Shown here one piece after another: positions 56,941 to 64,000 of a stretch of 64,000 bases of DNA. Under the pieces are notes generated by a model, which was not told the origin of the DNA, ran no database searches, and was given only the letters and a program-made list of their open reading frames with translations. Positions within the stretch are counted from its first letter, which is position 1. The number at the start of each line of letters is the position of its first letter. Position numbers and translations under genes: made by a program. Location of the stretch: contig OZ024749.1 in the NCBI GenBank assembly GCA_964016885.1, positions 26,102,001 to 26,166,000 of the forward strand. Direction: 5' to 3'. This DNA comes from Eledone cirrhosa (taxonomy: Eukaryota).

Positions 56941-57687
56941 GTATATGTATATATGTATATATATGTGTGTATGTATGTATGTGTATATGGATGTGTATGT
57001 ATGTGTATGTGTGTACACATGGACTAGAGTATGTATGTATATATGTGTGTGTCTATACGTGTGTATATATAAAGATAAGTTGAGTATGAAAATGTATACA
57101 CATGAGCGCGTATGTATGTACATGAATACATGTGTGTATATATATGTGTATGCATGTGTATATATATGAAAGTATGAATATGTGAATTGTGAGTATATGT
57201 ATTTTGTAGAGGTGTGCAAATATATTTGTGTGTGAATGCGTGGGTGAAAGAATACGTACACTTGAAAGAAAAATTTAAGTCTGAATGTTAAGTGCAAACA
57301 CAAAACCAACCACGCATATCTTTACTATCTCTAATCCTTCTATAGATTTAGAAAAATAACCAATAATATATTCTATAAAAAATGTCAAAACAACAGATGG
57401 GAATCTAATTAATCACTGCCACCAAGAATTCTCACTGCTATCGAAAAACCACTCCTTCAACTATTCTTCTAACAACTTCACCCCTTCCTCCTAATATTCT
57501 CTATAAAAACTAAATAGGTCCTCAGTAATATTATTCTGATGAAATGACAGTAAACAATAACATTGAAATATTGAATGTCTGCATAACTAAAAGTTTGTAG
57601 ATAGCTGTTTTAGGTTATGTAACTGTTATAGAAACACGTGTCAATAAATTCCTTTCAACTAAACTGTATCCATTCAAATCTTTCTAT
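56202..57687. repeat. ~245-bp inverted repeat (56202-56447 and 57443-57687) with ~1-kb spacer
   Basis: Arms appear to be identical reverse complements; each has a hammerhead-like core. Confidence 0.92.
57532..57577 (+). ncRNA. Hammerhead-like motif with non-cleavable UUG triplet (mirror at 56312-56357 minus)
   Basis: tatt-CTGATGA-aatg-[14 nt]-catt-GAAA-tat-TG-aatg. Confidence 0.4.
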
Positions 57688-57797
57688 TTTTCTCCGGATT
57701 ACTTTTGGAACTACAACTGGAACCGTCGAGCAAACTCTACGTGAGCTGATAATCTACTGTGTGTAATATTTATATTACAACACAACGGAAAAAACTG

Positions 57798-57841
<44 letters not shown>

Positions 57842-57878
57842 ATATATATATATAATAGATATATAATATATATATATA

Positions 57879-57919
<41 letters not shown>

Positions 57920-58844
57920 ATATATATATATATAATAGATATATAATATATATATATAATATATAATATATATATATATATATAATATATAATATATATA
58001 TATATAATAGATATATAATATATATATATAATATATAATATATATATATATATATATATAATATATATATATAATATATAATATATATATATATATATAA
58101 TATATATATTTATAATATATAATATATATATATTATATATATATATATAATATATATATAATATATATATATATAATATATATAATATATATATAATATA
58201 ATATATATACAATGTATATATATAATATATATATATAATATATATATAATATATATATATATATAATATATACATATAATATATATAATATATATATTAT
58301 ATATATATATAATATATATATATAATATATATAATATATATAATATATAATATATATATATATATATAATATATATATTTATAATATATAATATATATAT
58401 ATTATATATATATATATAATATATATATAATATATATATATATATAATATATATAATATATATATAATATAATATATATACAATGTATATATATAATATA
58501 TATATATAATATATATATAATATATATATATATATAATATATACATATAATATATATAATATATATATTATATATATATATAATATATATATATAATATA
58601 TATAATATATATATATATATAATATATATATAATATATATATATATATATGATTTCATATCTTATATCCATAATAAAGATATTTCATCAGATGAACGAAA
58701 CAGACGTTTCTGTTAGAATCATCTAACCTCGTGAAACCTTGGGTAATGGAATACTTATATTGTGTTGTTTATGACATAATTAAATAGCTCTGTACTATAC
58801 ATAGAGCACTCCTCTTTCCTTTAACTTTTCTACATAAATACGTA

Positions 58845-58950
<106 letters not shown>

Positions 58951-59089
58951 ATTAATATGGTTCATTGATTACCCAATGAATATAGTTTTACAATAGATTA
59001 AAAGCACACAACAGTGAAATATTCCTGGAGTTTTAATATTATTCAAAATATCAACAAATGAAGATATTCACATAATCAAAATATATGCT

Positions 59090-59150
59090 TTATTATATAT
59101 ATATCGAAGGTACTGTGTTGTTTTTTTTCCAGTACGTCCTCGTCAGATAA
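59090..59150 (-). ncRNA. Hammerhead copy with mutated core (GAAA to GAUA)
   Basis: Mirror of 59283-59341 with tcgata instead of tcgaaa. Confidence 0.7.
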
Positions 59151-59282
59151 CATATATGATTTGATATATGACATACCTCTACGGTCTTGATATTTCAATT
59201 CCAGTATTGGCAGTATTGACTGCCAATACTGGAATTGAAATATTAAGACCGTAGAGGTATGTCATATATCAAATCATATATG

Positions 59283-59341
59283 TTATCTGACGAGGACGTA
59301 CTGGAAAAAAAAACACAGTACCTTCGAAATATATATAATAA
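59283..59341 (+). ncRNA. Minimal type I hammerhead ribozyme, intact core
   Basis: UUAU-CUGACGA-GGACGUACUG-[loop]-CAGUACCUUC-GAAA-UAUAUA-UA/AUAA; stem I is extendable by AUAUG/CAUAU and stem III is palindromic. Confidence 0.8.
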
Positions 59342-59480
59342 AGCATATATTTTGATTATGTGAATATCTTCATTTGTTGATATTTTGAATAATATTAAAA
59401 CTCCAGGAATATTTCACTGTTGTGTGCTTTTAATCTATTGTAAAACTGTATTCATTGGGTAATCAATAAACGATATTAAT

Positions 59481-59548
<68 letters not shown>

Positions 59549-59554
59549 TATATG

Positions 59555-59714
59555 ATTTTTGACCGTCGGTCAGTCAATGGCAACATTGAGGACCGAGTAA
59601 GTTAGATTACCGATATAAAAGACACAGAAGCGAGAAGCGAAAACCAACCAAACAGTGAGTGTGTTCTGTTATTAATTCTGGCAATATTACACAAATATGA
59701 CCCTCCCCAAGTAT

Positions 59715-59722
<8 letters not shown>
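59555..59722 (+). mobile_element. PLE-like end fragment ending in ATGACCCTCCCCAAGTATAACAA-(TA)n
   Basis: Near-identical to 36156-36320. Confidence 0.7.
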
Positions 59723-59757
<35 letters not shown>

Positions 59758-60097
59758 CACCTTTAATTTTCTTATGCATTTTATGACTTTTAAAATCATT
59801 TAAATCTGGACTTGGCAGCAAGAATCGATGGCTGGTTATGTTACCATCATGTGCCACCTCAGGCCTTATGCTGATTGGCAGACTTTACCACATTGATTGT
59901 TATGTCATCCTATTAATATTATCTGCACCAAATCTTTTTACGTGGCTCATTTTATCCACCTTTTCTGACCGAGTTCCCCCTCACTTATTGCATATCAGCT
60001 CTGCTTGGTCTCCTACATTTCCTGGCAATTCCACTTTTAAGTCCTTCATATTGAAGTTTCTCTCCACTGGGATCCGTCATTGGCAGGTTTTTAACGA

Positions 60098-60560
60098 TAA
60101 TAATTGCTTCTACTTTAGGCACAAGGCCAGCAATTTGAAGAGAAGGAGAAAGTCGATTAAATCGACCCCAGTACATTATTAATGTTTTATTTTATCGACC
60201 CCATAAGGATGAAAGACAAAGCTAACCGCGGCGGAATTTGAACTCAGAACGTAAAGTGACGTTACTCTATGCTGCAAAGCATGGTGTCTGACGCTCTACC
60301 GACACAGCCAATTGTTAATGATAATAATAAGAATGGTTTCTTATATAGGCACAAGGCCAGCAATTTTGGGGGAGGGGAAAGTCGATTAACTCGACTCCAG
60401 TGCGTTACTGGTACTTTATTTTATCGACCCCGTAAGGATGAAAGGCAAGGTTAACCTCGGCGGGATTTGAACTCATACCGTAAAGGACCGTAACTCTATG
60501 CTGCAAAGCATGGCGTCCGACCCTCTGCCGATACTGCCAATCTACCGATACTGCCAATTG
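60098..60560 (-). mobile_element. Two SINE copies
   Basis: A/B boxes and tails. Confidence 0.9.
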
Positions 60561-60584
60561 TTAATGATAATAATAAGAATGAAA

Positions 60585-60715
60585 ATTATTGTGTACAGTG
60601 TAATTCCGGGTAGCATGGAAGTTTTGAAGGTGGCAGTGTCTCGATAGCTAACAACAGACGTACGTAGTTCGTTCCATGCTTCAGAAATTCTGAGCGGGAA
60701 AAAATGTTCCTATCG
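60585..60715 (-). mobile_element. CR1 3' fragment
   Basis: HFFPLRISEAWNELRTSVVSYRDTATFKTSML; homologous to 51880-51990. Confidence 0.75.
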
Positions 60716-60816
60716 GCAATACCAGCTTTCATCACAGGTGTTTTCACACAGGCATTGAACCTCATTTTAGGTGTATTAGGTGGACGTTTGCCATCCCTCA
60801 GTTCACCATAGGCACC

Positions 60817-60960
60817 ACAATAGGCGCTGAGCTGGCTAGCCGCAGGTGTGAGCTTCGCGAGATGGAATGGCTCTTCCAGCGCATCTCCCTTACCATCCTC
60901 CGGGGAAACGCCTTCTCCATTCTGTCCGCAGGGGCCGTGGGGCGGCCAGCACGTGAGACC
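60817..60960 (+). pseudogene. CRE-clade non-LTR retrotransposon C-terminal fragment
   Basis: TIGAELASRRCELREMEWLFQRISLTILRGNAFSILSAG matches the QRxSxxxxRGNA motif at the end of CRE restriction-like endonuclease ORFs. Confidence 0.7.
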
Positions 60961-61351
60961 CCATTTGCTCATAATACAGAGAGATGGGGAGGGCGAGGGA
61001 GATGGAGGCGATGACAGTGGGAGTTCGACTCTCCTGTGTTCGGACACATTTATCATTTCTATGTTGCTGTTGATACTTAAGGAACTCCTTTGGAAATGTG
61101 GTTGGCGATATGAAGGTATTCTTGCCATATAAAACTTGCCAAACAAAAATTTGAGAGGACATTTACAGATTCACTTGAATAATGTTTGTTTACCTTTGAA
61201 CATTTAGTACAGATAATCGACTCAATATTCTGACAGTGGCTTCTTTCAAGGACCTCATCATCTCTCACATACATACTCCAAGATTCGACAATCATTTGAA
61301 CAATATATTTACAATACGTATTTCTAAGCTACAGAACCGTGCCACCTTCTA

Positions 61352-61435
<84 letters not shown>

Positions 61436-61689
61436 AGATCAAAAGATGGTTAAATGAGTTCCATGTATTTTATTATGCGCATTTCAAAAACAAATATTAT
61501 CATGCAATAACATTTGTGTTTTCATCAGATAAAATAGGAAGACATGATATGAAGGTTAAAAACACTTGTGGATAGTGCAGTTTTAAATCAACATATTATA
61601 TATTATGTATACTCCAGTCCTACAAACTGTAGAGTGCTTCTTATCCGATATCTGCATTGATTTATTGTACTACAATAAAACTCACCTCC

Positions 61690-61741
<52 letters not shown>

Positions 61742-61745
<4 letters not shown>

Positions 61746-61931
61746 TTGTTTCTATTTTTAGGCACAAGGCCAGCAATTACCCAGTACATTACTGGTACTT
61801 TATTTTATCGACCCCGTAAGGATGAAAGGCAAAGTTAACCTCGGCGGGATTTGAACTCAGATCATAAAGGGACGTAACTCTATGCTTCATAGCATGGTGT
61901 CCGACTCTCTACCGATTCTGCCAATCCACCG
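61742..61931 (-). mobile_element. tRNA-derived SINE in a (TA)n array
   Basis: Near full-length copy. Confidence 0.93.
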
Positions 61932-61945
61932 ATATATATATATAT

Positions 61946-62365
61946 ATTAATAAAAGGAATTCCAACTTTGTCTGATTTACTCGTTTTATTTACAATCCTT
62001 TAAAATTTATAATTGTTTCTACTATTGGCACAAGGCCAGAAAATTACCCAGTACATTACTGGTACTTTATTTTATCGACCCCGTAAGGATGAAAGGCAAA
62101 GTTAACCTCGGCGGGATTTGAACTCAGAATGGCAAGAGCCGTAACTCTATGCGTCAAAGCATGGCGTCCGAACCTCTACCGATACTGCCAATCCACCGCC
62201 ATCAATGGTATTAGAATGGTCAATGACAGTCAAGTTTGCAATTTTCAATTAACACTTTACATTTAATATTCTATCATACTATTTCATTCTAATACCATTA
62301 TAAATTTTAAAGGATTGTAAATAAAACGAGTAAATTAGACAAAGTTGGAATTCCTTTTATTAATA
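61946..62365. repeat. MITE-like inverted repeat with a SINE (62008-62200, minus) inserted in its left arm
   Basis: attaataaaaggaattccaactttgtc...aaatttataat[SINE]aatggtattagaatg versus cattctaataccattataaattt...gacaaagttggaattccttttattaat. Confidence 0.85.
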
Positions 62366-62539
62366 TAATCTTCTATACACAATCATACACACCCGTGTAT
62401 ATTTATATATATATATATATATATATATAAACGTGTGTACATACATTGTGTGTGGTGGTGGGGAAACAGAGATGAATAGATAGATAAATAGACAGACAGA
62501 CAGGCAGACAGGTAGGCAGTCTGCCAGGCGTGCAGACAC

Positions 62540-62589
<50 letters not shown>

Positions 62590-64000
62590 CTTTCTTTTTA
62601 TTTGCCACCAGGGCATCAAAAGAAGGGGACATTTACACAGTGGGGGAGTTTACATAAATCGAGTAAAGAAAAAAGGAATAACAATAATAATATAACAATA
62701 AAAAGTCCTCAAAAGGGAGGGGGCGTGTTGGGGATTGCACATACCCCCGAAAAGTGTGCAACTCTTTTCGCGGGGGAAGCCCAGAGAGGAGGCGCTCCCC
62801 CTTTCCTCTTCACTTCTTCACCTACAGAACAATGTAGAGAGAAGGCCCATTTACACGGGCCATTCTCGCTTCTTTCACCCACCTTTCATAAAACTGTCTG
62901 GGACCAAGCACTTCTCTCTCCATCCTGATTCTTCTTCCGAAGTGGTATCGGAAGAAGTAAACCAGGTGATGGCCGGAGAGAAAGTCACCCGACCTCAGAC
63001 CTTTCAGGCGCGTCCACCACACAACCTCTTTCATCATGGCTATTACGCACAGAAAGACCGCCTCTGCTTCATTTCTGAAGGGAGGAGGCGGCTTGATGTT
63101 CACCACAGACTCGGCGGTTAATCGAATCGGCGCCACACGCGACAGCAGTCGTTCGACGTAGCCCCACAGATCGGCAACGCCCGGGCAGTGTACCAGTGCA
63201 TGCGCAACGGTTTCCTCGTCGCGCACGCATCTGGGACAGATCTTTTTCGCGGGATCCCTGCCCGGGCGCCCGTGTCTGTAGAGCTTTTCTCGAACGGGCA
63301 GAGCCCCCCGGTAACACTGCCAGGCTAGGGACCTCTGGAAGTTGTCCATGGGTCCCGGGCCGAAAGTTCTACCGAACAGGCTGGCCAGTTCGTCCTCCTC
63401 CATGCCTAGCGACTCTCCAAGGGTGTCGTCGCCCCTGCTAGCCACCAACCCTCTATAGAATGTCGAGGTGGATTCTCCACTGACAGTCGGGTCCGCTTGC
63501 CAGATAGCCGTGAGCGCCTGGGCACACTCAGTGTGCCAGTTGCCCAGTTTTCTCGGTCTTTGCTTCACCCAGGATTGCAGTTCGGTGAGCGAGACGAGCT
63601 GTGGGAAGGCTCGCCTCACAAACGGGGCCCACACCGGCTGACCGTTGAGGAATACCTGTAGATGCCGTAGCCTCAATGCGTGCCTACGCATCAACAGCCA
63701 CGGCATACCCAGCCCTCCTTTCGAAGGGTGCTGGCAGCAGATGGATCTCCTCACCATGGGAGGCCGCTTCTTCCAGAGGAACTGGAAGAGCATGCGTTCC
63801 ATGATGGTGAGCTTTTCCTTGGGGCAAGGCACGACGGTCAGGCGGTAGTAGATGACGGACGCTATGTAAGCGTTCGTCACCTCCGCCCGACCTTTCAGTG
63901 ATAGTTTGCACTTGGCCCACTTCTGGGTCAGCGCAAACACCCTGCTCGTCACCTCGCCCCAATTCTTCTCCACCTGGAGGTCCGGTCCGAACCAGACCCC
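62590..64000 (-). mobile_element. L1/Tx1-clade LINE, 3' portion
   Basis: GC-rich body, 3' UTR and A-rich end (aataaaaaagaaag) abutting (TATC)n. Confidence 0.9.
62822..64000 (-). CDS. ORF2 C-terminal part (end of RT, zf-RVT/CCHC region), open to the window edge
   Basis: GVWFG...NW...LSLKGR...FLW...GGLGMP...ALPVREKL...CPRC..ETVAHALVHC with no stops over ~390 codons. Confidence 0.92.
   Translation of the reverse strand, partial: GVWFGPDLQVEKNWGEVTSRVFALTQKWAKCKLSLKGRAEVTNAYIASVIYYRLTVVPCPKEKLTIMERMLFQFLWKKRPPMVRRSICCQHPSKGGLGMPWLLMRRHALRLRHLQVFLNGQPVWAPFVRRAFPQLVSLTELQSWVKQRPRKLGNWHTECAQALTAIWQADPTVSGESTSTFYRGLVASRGDDTLGESLGMEEDELASLFGRTFGPGPMDNFQRSLAWQCYRGALPVREKLYRHGRPGRDPAKKICPRCVRDEETVAHALVHCPGVADLWGYVERLLSRVAPIRLTAESVVNIKPPPPFRNEAEAVFLCVIAMMKEVVWWTRLKGLRSGDFLSGHHLVYFFRYHFGRRIRMEREVLGPRQFYERWVKEARMARVNGPSLYIVL

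Larger units (their letters stand above)
59840..60815 (-). pseudogene. Interrupted RTE LINE relic
   Basis: YGELRDGKRPPNTPKMRFNACVK (~60815-60740), then after the insertions ANDGSQWR...NQCGKVCQSA-stop-GLRWHM (60085-59845): RTE C-terminal motifs in the correct order. Confidence 0.7.

Overview
Eukaryotic, AT-rich, repeat-saturated DNA, most likely from an octopus or other coleoid cephalopod. That assignment is inferred from recognising the tRNA-derived SINE families and the extreme microsatellite load. Nearly all long ORFs in the supplied track are microsatellite artefacts. Supported content: about 30 tRNA-derived SINE copies or fragments, many with 12-20 bp TSDs; decayed CR1-, RTE-, CRE- and Ingi-like LINE fragments; the uninterrupted 3' part of an L1/Tx1-type ORF2 at the right edge; two Penelope-like (PLE) GIY-YIG endonuclease relics; a hAT MITE; a full-length U6 snRNA copy fused to a LINE 3' tail; and one plausible host terminal exon (47538-47821, minus). 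The main unannotated signal is a set of minimal type I hammerhead ribozymes from several sequence families. Cores are intact at 625-679, 4762-4804, 14528-14572 and 59283-59341, with damaged copies elsewhere. They mostly lie in head-to-head fold-back (palindromic) elements in or beside (TA)n arrays, and one family is followed by a conserved ORF start (MTLPKYNN...). This fits a system of non-autonomous, ribozyme-carrying, TA-associated Penelope-like palindromes. All structures were read by eye; nothing was folded or searched computationally.
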